The position numbers and the translations under genes are program-made. The notes beneath the pieces were generated by a model. It saw only the letters and a program-made list of their open reading frames with translations, was not told the DNA's origin and did not search any database. A stretch of DNA of 64,000 nt from Macrostomum hystrix (taxonomy: Eukaryota > Animalia > Platyhelminthes): contig CATNEN010000005.1 of NCBI GenBank assembly GCA_950097015.1, forward strand, positions 5,766,001 to 5,830,000. The letters are read 5' to 3'. Of the stretch, positions 12,978-24,563 are shown piece after piece. Numbering within the stretch: position 1 is the stretch's first letter; each line of letters opens with the position of its first letter.

Positions 12978-13125
12978 GGTGAGTGGCAGGGGCGGTCCTG
13001 ACGATGAGAAAGTCATGGCAGATGTACACACCTGTGTGCGTGTGTGCTCAGGAGTCAGCGAAACGGGCAGAATTGCCTCCTCGCTGGCTGCGGGTCTAGT
13101 GTGACCCAATTATTATCACAATTAT
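12978..13125 (+). mobile_element. SINE family A, copy 3 (internally deleted)
   Basis: The head gagtggcaggggcgg is joined directly to cctgacgatgagaaagtc...gcctcctcgctggctgcgggtctagtg, followed by an attatt tail. Confidence 0.85.
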
Positions 13126-14961
13126 TACTAATAAACCTGATAAGGACTTCAGGTCGAAAATCATGAGCGAAATGATCGAGAATAGGCCGATAGCGATCAG
13201 GTGCGAAGACTTAAGCTGAATTTCAAATTATAGAACAATAGACGGCGCAGTTCCGCTGTGAAACCAGAAGAATTAAAAGCTTCGTCAGCAAGCAGCAAGA
13301 ATCTTATTAGTATAAGCACTTACATCTTGATTTCAAGTCTGTCTCGATTGACGTGTAACTTGTGCCTGAACCAAACAGCAGCATTGACCTCATTGGACAT
13401 TGTCAACAGCAGCAGCAGAACTGTATAGCTCAACTGCCACTTCAGCAATGGAAACGACGCGTTGCAGATGTTCAGCTGGCTGGCGAAACACATCAGCGGT
13501 TTCCTCCCATCTTCGGGCTGCCACTGAACCAGGTCCAACCGGCGAGAAGGCTTCGGTCTTGCGATGAATCAAGCTGGGATTTGCGTCGTCGATGGAGACT
13601 GTCGATTTCTCAATACTTTTGATTTTGTCCTTTAGGTAGCTGCTGATTTAATAGTCATCGGTCTCATTCGTTGCAATAGCCATTTGTAGTCTCCAATAAT
13701 TGTAGGAATAATTTAAATTTAGATCTGCAAGGCTCTGATCTGATTACAGCTTTCAAACCCACTTTTCATACACTGAAATGCTGTTTGAATGCAGTGCATT
13801 TTAAATTTGTAAAATAGTAAGCATGCATTTAGACTATATTTAGTTTTTTGGCTTAAAGGATGGACTTCTCAAATAAAAAAAAGAATATGTTTGTTTGAAT
13901 AAGAATATTGCTAAATTGTTATCAGTTGGTTAGTTAATCCAATTTATTGTTTAACCATTTTTTCTGATTAGGTCGTAAGAAACACACATAAATTATTTAT
14001 TCAGCTAAATACAAATTGCCATATAATAGACTGTTTTCTAAAGGAGTTAAAAATATAGGCTTAAAATATGCTTAAAATGCAAGACATAACTTTGACATCC
14101 ATTGGAGCCGTCGTAAAACTGTTAAATAAGTATCAAATAAATACACTCGTGCAAATAATACATAACAACACATTTCACTAAGATAATAAACATTTTCTTT
14201 GAATGATGGTTCGCTTTAAGCTTGCTTGAAACTGTCATCAATAAGGAACAAATTAATTGGGTCAGCATCGGAAATAAAAAAGTCAAAAAGGAACTACACT
14301 GAGTTATCGCAGAAAAGTATTTTAAAGAACCAAGTAATTAAGAAAGCTTTATTGTTTTTTGCTATCCAGCTTTTTTAAATATTTTTTCAGACTTTAGAAA
14401 TCGCTGGCAAAAATTCAGAAACCTAAAGTTATAATGTTATTCCCCCCGGCCTTTTTCGTTGATATGATAACGATCTTCAATCGATATCTCATCGCTTTGA
14501 AAATTGCAGCGTTGAGACTTCATAATAATATTATTATGCTAGGTAACAAACCATACATTTCCAGGTTTTTTTCATGGTAAAGTTGTTGTAATAATATCGT
14601 TATTTTTTTGAACTGGGCAAACTTGATCATGCTTTATATAGGCGATTTGGCTGTTGCATGAGAAATTCTCGTATGCGGTTAATAAGAAACTAAAAGTTTC
14701 ACAACGAACGAAATAAATTATTTTATTTTATACAAGCAAAGAAATTTACGACCTGAATAGTTAACTGCATTATGACTGTTTGCAACTTGCTATTAGTCTC
14801 TTTAATTATTAGGACTTTTTGTGCCAACTGAATAGATCGAACGAAGCTAGTATGTGTAAATGTACATGTGAAATGCCTCTTAACAGTAGAACTACCAAGG
14901 GGGGATTTTTCCAGCAAGAAAAATTGCAATACCCAAGTCGCCGCATAAAGCATGATCAAGT

Positions 14962-15110
14962 TTGCCCAGTTCAAAGCCTAAATATTAGGCGCAGCTCAAC
15001 CACGGTACACCATCGCCTAGTCTGTCAACCAATCAGTCACCACCCTACGCGGTTAGCTTTCAGGCGCTGTCAAAAAATGTTCTCAGGGGGCCCTTGGTAT
15101 AAAAACGGGC
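14962..15110 (+). repeat. Interspersed repeat family C, copy 1
   Basis: ~130 bp (tattaggcgcagctcaaccac...ctagtctgtcaacc-atcagtcaccacc...ccttggtataa) recurs at ~50590-50720. Confidence 0.7.
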
Positions 15111-15287
15111 GGCAAAGTGGCTTGGCAGTCCTACTGCTAATAGCGGCTGCATGCTTGGAAAAATAAATGAAATATGGCAATTTAGCTGCATTACAACGCT
15201 TTGCTTGATAAAAGTTACTCTTACTGAGTTATGATTGCTTGACATATATCACTTACGCTTCAGAGAAAATATAGTTTGTAGACTGGG

Positions 15288-16462
15288 TAGAGGGTGAGAC
15301 AGATAAGCGATGAGATGAGACACGCGAGGTATACGTCTGACTTATAAGTCGCAGCTGCACGCATTTTAATGTACATACTCTACCACCTTAAAAATGATTG
15401 AGTATACATTTTCAGCCTTTGCGCTCTTGTCAATTTTTCACAATCACTCTTCAAAGTCAATACCCCTACCAAACTGTACTCGCTCCAATGGAGTTGACAA
15501 ACCGCGACTTTCGTGCCATGATTGTTTACGACCAGCGTAAAGGTCTCGCACAAGAGCAATGCGTTGAAAGTTTACGTGCTGCCTTTGGAGATCAGCCGTC
15601 CGGAGAATGATCGACGAAGACCGGCGAGTGATCTGTGCCGAGATCAGGGAGGCTCTTGGCATTGAATCGGCAGCGGTTACGACCATCCTACACGACAAGC
15701 TGGGAGCCTCCAAGCGATGTGCCCGATGGTTGCCCCACAACCTGACGGAGGACCAGAAAGCGGAGAGGCTGCGTTGGTGCGAATTCATGCTCGAAAGATT
15801 CGACTCTGGCACATCGAAGCGATGCTGGGAGATTGTCACAGGTGATGAGACCTGAGTCTACCAGTACGACCCGGAAATCAAGCAGCAGTCGGCAGTTTGG
15901 TTCCTTCCGGATGATGCCACTCCAACGAAGGTCAAGCGGGCCCGCAGCGTCGGGAAGCAGATGGTGGCGACTTTCTTCAGCCAGGCTGGCGACTGTAGCG
16001 CTCCAAGACAGGCGTACAGTCAATTTCGACTGGTACATCAACCAGTGCCTGCCGCTGGTGTTTGATGCGTGGCGCAGACGCCGGCCGCGCACCGGACTTC
16101 GTGGCCTGCTGCTGCAACCACGACAATGCCAGTGCGCACACGGCTGCTGCAACATTGGCATTTCTGACCGAGAATGGAGTCCAGCTGGTGACGCATCCTG
16201 CATATTCGCCCGACCTGGCACCCTGCGACTTCTTTCTCTTCCCTTTGGTGAAGAACCAACTGCGCGGAACTCGGTTTGAGAACCCTGAAGCAGCAAGAAT
16301 CGACTTCGAGCGGGTGGTTTCAGCAGTGCCTGAAGAACAGTGGGCTGGAGCCTGGGCGCAGTGGTTTCACCGAATGAGGAAATGTGTACAAGCTGGTGAC
16401 AGAAAATTTGACACAGACACATTTGGTTTTGGTGCATCTCAAAACTTACAGTACACCCCTCG
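15288..16462 (+). mobile_element. Decayed mariner (DD34D) transposon; transposase pseudogene 15488-~16410
   Basis: Fragments read MELTNRDFRAMIVYD...AFGD, ARWLPHNLT, IVTGDET*VYQYDPE, HDNASAH and HPAYSPDLAPCDFFLF. There is an in-frame stop after GDET, frameshifts, and a deletion in the HTH region. The right TIR ends ...tacacccctcg-TA. The left TIR is only degenerate (tagagggtgagacagataagcgatgagatg), so the left boundary is uncertain. Confidence 0.92.
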
Positions 16463-17140
16463 TACGAGTCCTAAGCGTATTTTGCAACTTGAACAAGTTT
16501 TATCTGATTAACTGACTGCTTTGCCGCAATCCTAGATAAAATCTAGATAGAACAGAGAGTTGAAGTTAAAAACGAAAAATCTAGAAATCGAATGGCTCTG
16601 TTTAACGAAGAGAAATTTTATTAATGTGATTCATCGTAAATCAAGATAGGCGAACCATTTTCTGCATTTTAAAATGAAAAAAGATGGCTTTAGATAACCA
16701 ATTTACATCTTTAGAAATTGTTACAAGTTTATGAGTGCAATAATCAACAGCGAAACCTTTGGAACATACGGCTCGTATATTGTGATACACGTTTTTAAAG
16801 AATTTAACATGGTAACTTCGAAAGTGCTCGATCAGTCCACTGCGCAATTACCAAAACTGTGACCTTATCTTTTATTGCTGGTGATGATTTTACAGGTAGA
16901 TAAAATTGGCAATTTTGGAAACAAGTTTATATATTGCTTCAAGTGTGAAACAGATTTGAACATCTGACCTGTTTGGATGCAGATTTTGTTTTAAAGAACA
17001 GCTCGCAAACTTTTCGGCGTCATTTAGTGGGAAGATTTTCGTCATTAAAATATAGTGAATAATTAAAACTGTTAACATCAATATTGAGGACTTGTAACAA
17101 AGCACTTTATTCTAGTTAGATATTTCGGATGAAACGCCGG

Positions 17141-18508
17141 TCAATGATGAGCCGGTCGAGCGCAGTACTGCAGAAGCTCGCGAACTATAGAAACCAATCC
17201 ATTTCGAAAGGTCGGACTCAGAATAGTAGCTAAAATCGTGTGACTGCTCAGCAACAGTGGTTGCGCTAATATCATAATGCTATGATATAACACAGAGGCG
17301 TTTACGTGTAACCTATTTGCCAACAGGAGGATAAATGTTATAATTATGCCAAAAATTATCAACAGAATAAACACTAGACGACCAACCAGAATTTTCTTGA
17401 GCTCATTTGCCAGCAAGTGGCTGCCACCAGGCACTGTCGGCGCAATAACAATCGTCACAGCCGCAGCGTTGTCACAGGCATCATCGTCCTCATCGTCCTT
17501 ATCGACAGTGCTGTTTTTCAGTCGAGCATAACTCACCCGTGGTTGCTCAGCCACCGACTGCTCGGTGGGAGGTCCGCGGCAACAGGCACAGCACAGTTTT
17601 GAAGCGAACACAATCAGCATGATGACAGCTAGGACCATGAAGGTAAAGCAGAACATTAAAAAAAACAGAACATGAAATGTCACGAATTCGACCGAGTAGC
17701 GGGGATACGCTACAGCTAAAAGGTAGTTGACACCATTCTTTGTGCAGTAGAGGTAGCCGAAAAAGTTCAGATATGGACTGGCAACCAAAATGCCGATGAG
17801 AATGCCAATGAGCAGTGCGACTTTAACTCGCTTCAGGTTAACGAACAGCAGAACAGTCTGAGCTGGATGAGACCATTCCACAAGAAAGATGCCAATCAAT
17901 AGGTTGAAGACAAGGCTGGTATTCAGACAGATAAAATGTAAGCCGTAGTTAATATTCATCATGTAGACTAATATAGCAGCCGGTAGTACTGCTACAGAGA
18001 GACGCACCGATGAAATATAACCCCAGCAGATATCCATAACAGAGGCGGTCGAGAACGCCAAGCCCATGCCGGAAAGAGCCCTGAGCAGAAACAGCTGCAT
18101 GCCAACCTGGTCAGAGCCTTGACCTGTTGAACTTCTCTGCCTCAACCAGACAGCCAGTGAGATGAGACCAGCCAGCGCAAATAGGCAGTGAAGTATCACG
18201 GCAAGCAGTTTAATAGCGAATACATTTTCTTCGTTAAAGTGAAGAGCGACCAGTTCGCAATTATCGGATCGTTTTGTGACGCACATCAACGGCGGCAAAG
18301 TACTTTTAGCATCGCCAATGAGCCAACGCCAATTGGACAATCGGGTCTGATTGTCGGAACAGCGCCAGTGCATTCGAATTTTGTTCAGGTACAAAGCGTG
18401 ACTGTCCGAGTCCCATGGAGAATGATTCGCAGCGTAGTGCTCAGCGGAAATGCCACCCGGAAGAAAGTCTTCGTCCAGCATCTCCTGTACAATATTCTGA
18501 AGCCACAT
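17141..18508 (-). CDS. Intronless orphan seven-transmembrane receptor (divergent rhodopsin-like GPCR), 455 aa
   Basis: Seven hydrophobic segments follow a ~90-aa N-terminus with N-glycosylation sequons (NHS, NQT). There is a Cys in ECL2 (YLYC), a long acidic ICL3, a CCACC cluster after TM5, and an SPTFR helix-8-like end. The DRY position reads EWS. Confidence 0.75.
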   Translation of the reverse strand: MWLQNIVQEMLDEDFLPGGISAEHYAANHSPWDSDSHALYLNKIRMHWRCSDNQTRLSNWRWLIGDAKSTLPPLMCVTKRSDNCELVALHFNEENVFAIKLLAVILHCLFALAGLISLAVWLRQRSSTGQGSDQVGMQLFLLRALSGMGLAFSTASVMDICWGYISSVRLSVAVLPAAILVYMMNINYGLHFICLNTSLVFNLLIGIFLVEWSHPAQTVLLFVNLKRVKVALLIGILIGILVASPYLNFFGYLYCTKNGVNYLLAVAYPRYSVEFVTFHVLFFLMFCFTFMVLAVIMLIVFASKLCCACCRGPPTEQSVAEQPRVSYARLKNSTVDKDDEDDDACDNAAAVTIVIAPTVPGGSHLLANELKKILVGRLVFILLIIFGIIITFILLLANRLHVNASVLYHSIMILAQPLLLSSHTILATILSPTFRNGLVSIVRELLQYCARPAHH

Positions 18509-19004
18509 TTTCCAATGTATATTCTCTACTATAGTTGCTTGATGTTGGCGAATATTTTAAAGTTTAAAACCCGATTTTTTTATTCTCGATTTCTTAAATT
18601 TCTTTTTTTCAAACGAGCGCAGCGACACGCGGCCCCATGCCAACTTAAATAACCCGCCAACGCGCCCACCACCCCACCAGCAGGGGGGCCAGACAGGTGG
18701 TGGGGTGCACGCAAACGCTAGTTAGCTGGCAAGCAAACCAGGTCACTAGCTACTATAAGCGGCTTCTATAAATAAACAATTGCTGAATCAATACCCTACA
18801 GCAGTGCGACAAAGATTTTTATTATGTCATGATTGGCTAAAACGCAAAACCCATGCCACTGCAGCTGCTGCGGAGATGGCAGCAGTAAGACAGACAAATC
18901 TCTACATCTTTGTCAGGAGCTGCGTCTCTACAGCTGTCTGAAGCGGCAAGCCGGGAGCCACTCATGCCCTGGAGGTTAATACCAATGCTGATCTTTAAAA
19001 AATA

Positions 19005-19325
19005 AGCGATTTCTAAAAAATGCGATGTCTTAGAATAGTTATTTCAAAGAATTGCGATTTCTAAGAATTGCGATTTCTTAGAATAGCGATTTCTAAGAAT
19101 AGCGATTTCTTAGAATAGCGATTTCTAAGAATATAGATTTCTTAGAATTTTATTCTAAGAAATCGCTATTCTTAGAAATAACTATTCTTTGATTTAACTA
19201 TGAATTGATATTCTTAGAAATCGCAATTCTTAGAAATTGCTATTCTTAGAAATCGCTATTCTTAAAAATATTATAAGAATAGTGATTTCGAAAAACCTTG
19301 AGTTCTAAGAATAGTGAATTCTTTT
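19005..19325. repeat. AT-rich fold-back repeat (gcgatttctaagaata units, then the same units inverted); possibly MITE-derived
   Basis: gatttctaagaatagc copies at ~19010-19140 and gctattcttagaaatc copies at ~19160-19265. Confidence 0.75.
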
Positions 19326-19834
19326 TTGTGGTTTTTAGGAATAGCGGTTTTTTTAATTATTTTACTAAAAGATTTTAAAAAAATTATTTCTTAGAAAAAA
19401 GTGTTTTAATAATCGTGATAGCTAAAAAGCCAAGCATGTAAACAATAACAAACAAAAACCCTGCAGTTTTTAATCATAAAAATACGTTATTGAATCTAGG
19501 TAAAGCCGATTCGTCAAGCCATTTTTCAAAGTAGTTTTTTATGTTTCCTATATCAGCGAATGCAGATATTTCATTGCAACTTTGTTGTACAGTCGGTGAG
19601 GTAATCTATCTTACACAGAAGTTCACGACTATGACTTCTGTCTTCAGAGCTTCCAGGAGAAGAAAACAGAAATAGAGACTATTATCCTTAAAAATGTTTT
19701 AAATCAGCAAATACAGTTTAGCAATTTTGTGCAAATGCTTTATAGTCATAAGCCAATCGATAGTTGAGCAGATATTAGTAGCTTTTATTTATAGTACAAA
19801 AACTGCAGTTTTAAATAACGTTCGAGAAAAAAAA

Positions 19835-22800
19835 CTAGAACAGTTCAATCCGACCAGTCGTGGCACTCTTTCTAAGAAACTCCTTAGCAACAGGAAACGA
19901 GTCCGTCAGGCGAAACCCGGCAGTTCTGGCCCATCTTAGAGGGGCCGATAGCCAAGAGTCTGGGGATAGAGAGTAGAACCAGCCGAGAGCTTCGTTCACA
20001 ACAGCGACTGGGACAACCTGCGTCGGGTTGGGTGATCACGAATGTCAGTGCGAGAGGCGAACGCGTTAACTAACCGCTTCAACATACAAAACAGACCAGG
20101 GCACAAAAACTGACATCGAAACACCTCAGAACACACAAATAGACATATACAGACATCCAAAACAGACATTGACACACATCCAAAACAGACATATACTGAC
20201 ATCCAAAACAGAAACATACAGATAGACATCAAAAACAAAACAGACATACAGACATCAAAAACAGACATCAAAAAACAGGCATTGACAGACATACAAAAAC
20301 AGACACCAAAAACAGACACCAAAAACAGACACCAAAAACAGACATTGACAGACATACAAAAACAGACATTGAGAGACATTCAAAACAGACATTTACAGAC
20401 ACACAGAACAGTAGCACAGGCATTAAAAGTCAAGGCGGTCTCACCTGTCGCTGCCTCTGAGTCTCATAGTCTTTCAGGTAGATCGGATCGGCAGGATCAG
20501 CTCCGTTGCTAGCCGCCTCAATGAGCAGTTTGGTGAGACACGCGGCGTCCTCCATGCCGAGGTTCATGCCTTGGCCAGCTAGCGGGGAGAGTCGGTGGGC
20601 CGCGTCGCCAGCCAGGACGATTCGTTCGACGCTGTATCGATTGGCGTGCATGAAGCCTAGAGGAAACGCCGCCCTGCTAGACGGTTGAACGGCCGTAACT
20701 AAGGGCGCCGCTGATTGACCCGGTCCGGTTGCTAAGCGACGATTTAGACTAGCTAAAAAATCGGCGTCACTAGCAGCTAGAAGGGCTGAGATTTGATCGG
20801 ACCGATCGCACCAGACCAACGAGGCGTAGCGGCCTGGCAGGGGCAGCAGGGCGATCGGACCGTCGGGCAGGAAGCGTTGAAACGCTTCGCCGGAGAGGCC
20901 ATCCGGACCGTCGATCTGGGGTGACCAAGATAATTGAGAAGTTCTATTTCTTGATGCGATTCTTGCTTCGTTTCCTGCTTCGATTCTTTCTACTACGGTT
21001 CCTGCTTCGATTCCATATACAATGCTCTTGCTTCGATTCTAGCAACTATGTTCCTGCTTCGATTCTTTCTACTACGGTTCCTGCTTCGATTCCATATACA
21101 ATGCTCTTGCTTCGATTCTAGCAACAATGTTCCTGCTACGATTCTAACTAATACTTTTCTGCTTCGATTTTAGCATCTATGTTCCTGCTTCGATTCTAAC
21201 TACTAATTTTCTGCTTCGATTCTAGCAACTATGTTCCTGCTTCGATTCTAACTACTACTTTTCTGCTTCGATTCTAGGAACTATGTTCCTGCTTCGATTC
21301 TAACTACTACTTTCCTGCTTCGATTCTAACTAATACTTTTCTGCTTCGATTCTAGCAACTATGTTCCTGCTTCGATTCTAACTACTACTTTTCTGCTTCG
21401 ATTCTAGCAACTATGTTCCTGCTTCGATTCTAACTACTACTTTCCTGCTTCGATTCTTGCTACTAATTTTCTGCTTCGATTCCATATACTATGCTCTTGC
21501 TTCGATTCTAACTACGGTTCCTGCTTCGATTCTAACTACGGTTCCTGATTCGATTCTAGCTACGGTTCCTGCTTCGATTCTAACTACGGTTCCTGCTTCG
21601 ATTCTAACTACGGTTCCTGCTTCGATTCTAACTACGGCTCCTGCTTGGATTCTAAAAACACTTACTGCTTAGTTTGCAGCTACGAATATTACTAAGATAC
21701 GAGTATGAATAATTCTGTGAAAAGCTGATGCGATTCAAGCTGCGGTTCTAGCTCACCTCCAGTGTGGCAACCATAGCCCGATGCCTTGAATAGGGAATGT
21801 CAACAGCTTGGATGCCAGCCAATCGGCGCACAGGAGAACCGAATCCGTCGCAGCCAATCAGAAGTCGAGTTCGCAGAATGCTTTTATCATTCAGCTGCAG
21901 CCGCAGGTGACTCCGCCTATCGTAGCTGTTCTCGTCCACCAGGCGTTCCAGACGACAGCCTTCACGGAGTTGGGCGCCTGATCAAATACAAAAATTAGAT
22001 AATGTTCAGCTTAAGTGCTTTGTCCCCCGTAGATTAAAAAACCTGGTGGAATGTCACTTTAATAAGCAACCGTTTCAATAATGTCACTCTTAAGAGAATC
22101 ACTCGCTCAAAAGACAATGTCACTCCGAGAATAATCCCACAGAAAACAATGTCACTCCTAGGAGAATCGCACAGAAAACAATGTCACTCCTAGGAGAATC
22201 GCACAGAAAACAATGTCACTCCTAGGAGAATCGCACAGAAAACAATGTCACTCCTAGGAGAATCGCACAGAAAACAATGTCACTCCTAGGAGAATCGCAC
22301 AGAAAACAATGTCACTCCTAGGAGAATCGCACAGAAAACAATGTCACTCCGAGAATAATCGCACAGAAAACAATGTCACTCCGAGAATAATCGCACAGAA
22401 AACAATGTCACTCCGAGAATAATCGCACAGAAAACAATGTCACTCCTGGTGGAAAACAGAATGACTGAAAAACCCAGTCGAGCAGAGATTACTAACCAGA
22501 ACTAGCCGCTTTCCTTGCCAGCCTAGCTACAACAGGCGCCAGTTCTGTAACAGAGGCTAGTGCGCCATTATCACCGCCATCTATAGCATTATCGGTGGCG
22601 TTAAAATTCAACGCGGCAGTCGAATCGCTTTCCAGGACACGCATTCGACGAATTTTAGCTACGCGCGAATCCGAATCATCCCAGACACCCAGACGACGAA
22701 GCTGATCAACGGAACTAGGACTGAGGGCTACGGCTCGATTGCTGAAACCACCGCTGCCAGCAGATGCGGCATTGTTCTTCGGCTCATTCAAAGCTGGCAA

Positions 22801-23019
22801 ACGTCCGGCCTCTAATAAAAGTACACGATAATTCGGCGCATTAGTCGAAGCGCCAGCCAGGCCGCAAGCGATGGCCAAACCAACTGGACCGCCGCCAATG
22901 ATAGTGACGTCGACATCGGTAGAATCTGATGATAGACAGCGACTTCTCTGTCCGTTAACTGACAGACGAAGCCAGTTGACGGGCGCGCGGGCAGACAGAG
23001 GTAGCCGAGCTAGACTAGC
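19835..23019 (-). CDS. COQ6: Ubiquinone biosynthesis monooxygenase COQ6. Exons (minus): 23019-22497, 21977-21757, 20915-20445, 20017-19835; initiator ATG not present in these exons
   Basis: The translation contains DVDVTIIGGGPVGLAIA (FAD-binding), VLLLEAG, RAVALSP, LLIGCDGFGSPVR, AFQRFLPDGPIALLPL and LAGDAAHRLSPLAGQGMNLG. The four exons total 1398 nt in frame, with an Arg/Ser/Leu-rich presequence-like N-terminus. Confidence 0.93.
20095..20410 (+). repeat. Degenerate aaaacagacat-type tandem repeat (COQ6 intron 3)
   Basis: Short, irregular tandem units. Confidence 0.85.
20945..21660 (+). repeat. Minisatellite, ~24-27-bp unit ttcctgcttcgattctaactacgg (COQ6 intron 2)
   Basis: Direct tandem copies. 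Confidence 0.92.
22135..22450 (+). repeat. Minisatellite, 32-bp unit cacagaaaacaatgtcactcctaggagaatcg (COQ6 intron 1)
   Basis: Direct tandem copies. Confidence 0.95.
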
Positions 23020-23092
23020 CTGGAAGAGAAATTATAAGGCGACGTCTTATATACACGTCTTAAATTTAGTGGACCATAGACTATATGAATTC

Positions 23093-24563
23093 AGGCTCAG
23101 TGTGAGAGGACTTGGCTGGGTGTTGGATGGGGTTTGAGGCTCAGTGTGAGAGGACTGGGCTGGGTGTTGGATGGGGTTTGAGGCTCAGTGTGAGAGGACT
23201 GGGCTGGGTGTTGGATGGGGTTTGAGGCTCAGTGTGAGAGGACTGGGCTGGGTGTTGGATGGGGTTTGAGGCTCTGTGTGAGAGGACTGGGGTGCGTGTT
23301 GGATGGAGTTTGAGGCTCAGTGTGAGAGGACTGGGCTGGGTGTTGGATGGGGTTTGAGGCTCAGTGTGAGAGGACTGGGGTGCGTGTTGGATGGGGTTTG
23401 AGGCTCAGTGTGAGAGGACTGGGGTGCGTGTTGGATGGGGTTTGAGGCTCAGTGTGAGAGGACTGGGGTGGGTGTTGGATGGGGTTTGAGGATCAGTGTG
23501 AGAGGACTTGGCTGGGTGTTGGATGGGGTTTGAGGCTCAGTGTGAGAGGACTTGGCTGGGTGTTGGATGGGGTTTGAGGCTCAGTGTGAGAGGACTGGGC
23601 TGGGTGTTGGATGGGGTTTGATGCTCAGTGTGAGAGGACTGGGGTGCGTGTTGGATGGGGTTTGAGGCTCAGTGTGAGAGGACTGGGGTGCGTGTTGGAT
23701 GGGGTTTGAGGCTCAGTGTGAGAGGACTGGCTGGGTGTTGGATGGGGTTTGAGGCTCAGTGTGAGAGGACTGGGCTGGGTGTTGGATGGGGTTTGAGGCT
23801 CTGTGTGAGAGGACTTGGCTGGGTGTTGGATGGGGTTTGAGGCTCAGTGTGAGAGGACTGGGCTGGGTGTTGGATGGGGTTTGAGGCTCAGTGTGAGAGG
23901 ACTGGGGTGCGTGTTGGATGGGGTTTGAGGCTCAGTGTGAGAGGACTGGGCTGGGTGTTGGATGGGGTTTGATGCTCAGTGTGAGAGGACTGGGGTGCGT
24001 GTTGGATGGGGTTTGAGGCTCAGTGTGAGAGGACTGGGGTGCGTGTTGGATGGGGTTTGAGGCTCAGTGTGAGAGGACTGGGCTGGGTGTTGGATGGGGT
24101 TTGAGGCTCTGTGTGAGAGGACTTGGCTGGGTGTTGGATGGGGTTTGAGGCTCAGTGTGAGAGGACTGGCTGGGTGTTGGATGGGGTTTGAGGCTCAGTG
24201 TGAGAGGACTGGGGTGGGTGTTGGATGGGGTTTGAGGCTCAGTGTGAGAGGACTGGGGTGGGTGTTGGATGGGGTTTGATGCTCAGTGTGAGAGGACTGG
24301 GGTGGGTGTTGGATGGGGTTTGAGGCTCAGTGTGAGAGGACTGGGCTGGGTGTTGGATGGGGTTTAATGCACAGTGTGAGAGGACTGGGGTGCGTGTTGG
24401 ATGGGGTTTGAGGCTCAGTGTGAGAGGACTGGGCTGGGTGTTGGATGGGGTTTGAGGCTCAGTGTGAGAGGACTTGGCTGGGTGTTGGATGGGGTTTGAG
24501 GCTCAGTGTGAGAGGACTGGGCTGGGTGTTGGATGGGGTTTGAGGCTCAGTGTGAGAGGACTT
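23093..24563 (+). repeat. G-rich minisatellite, 44-bp unit gaggctcagtgtgagaggactgggctgggtgttggatggggttt (~33 copies)
   Basis: Direct tandem copies immediately upstream of the COQ6 acceptor. Confidence 0.97.

Noticed and set aside
13320-13680. GC-richer segment with three short overlapping ORFs
   Set aside because: No recognisable motifs and stops in every frame; cannot be supported as a gene.
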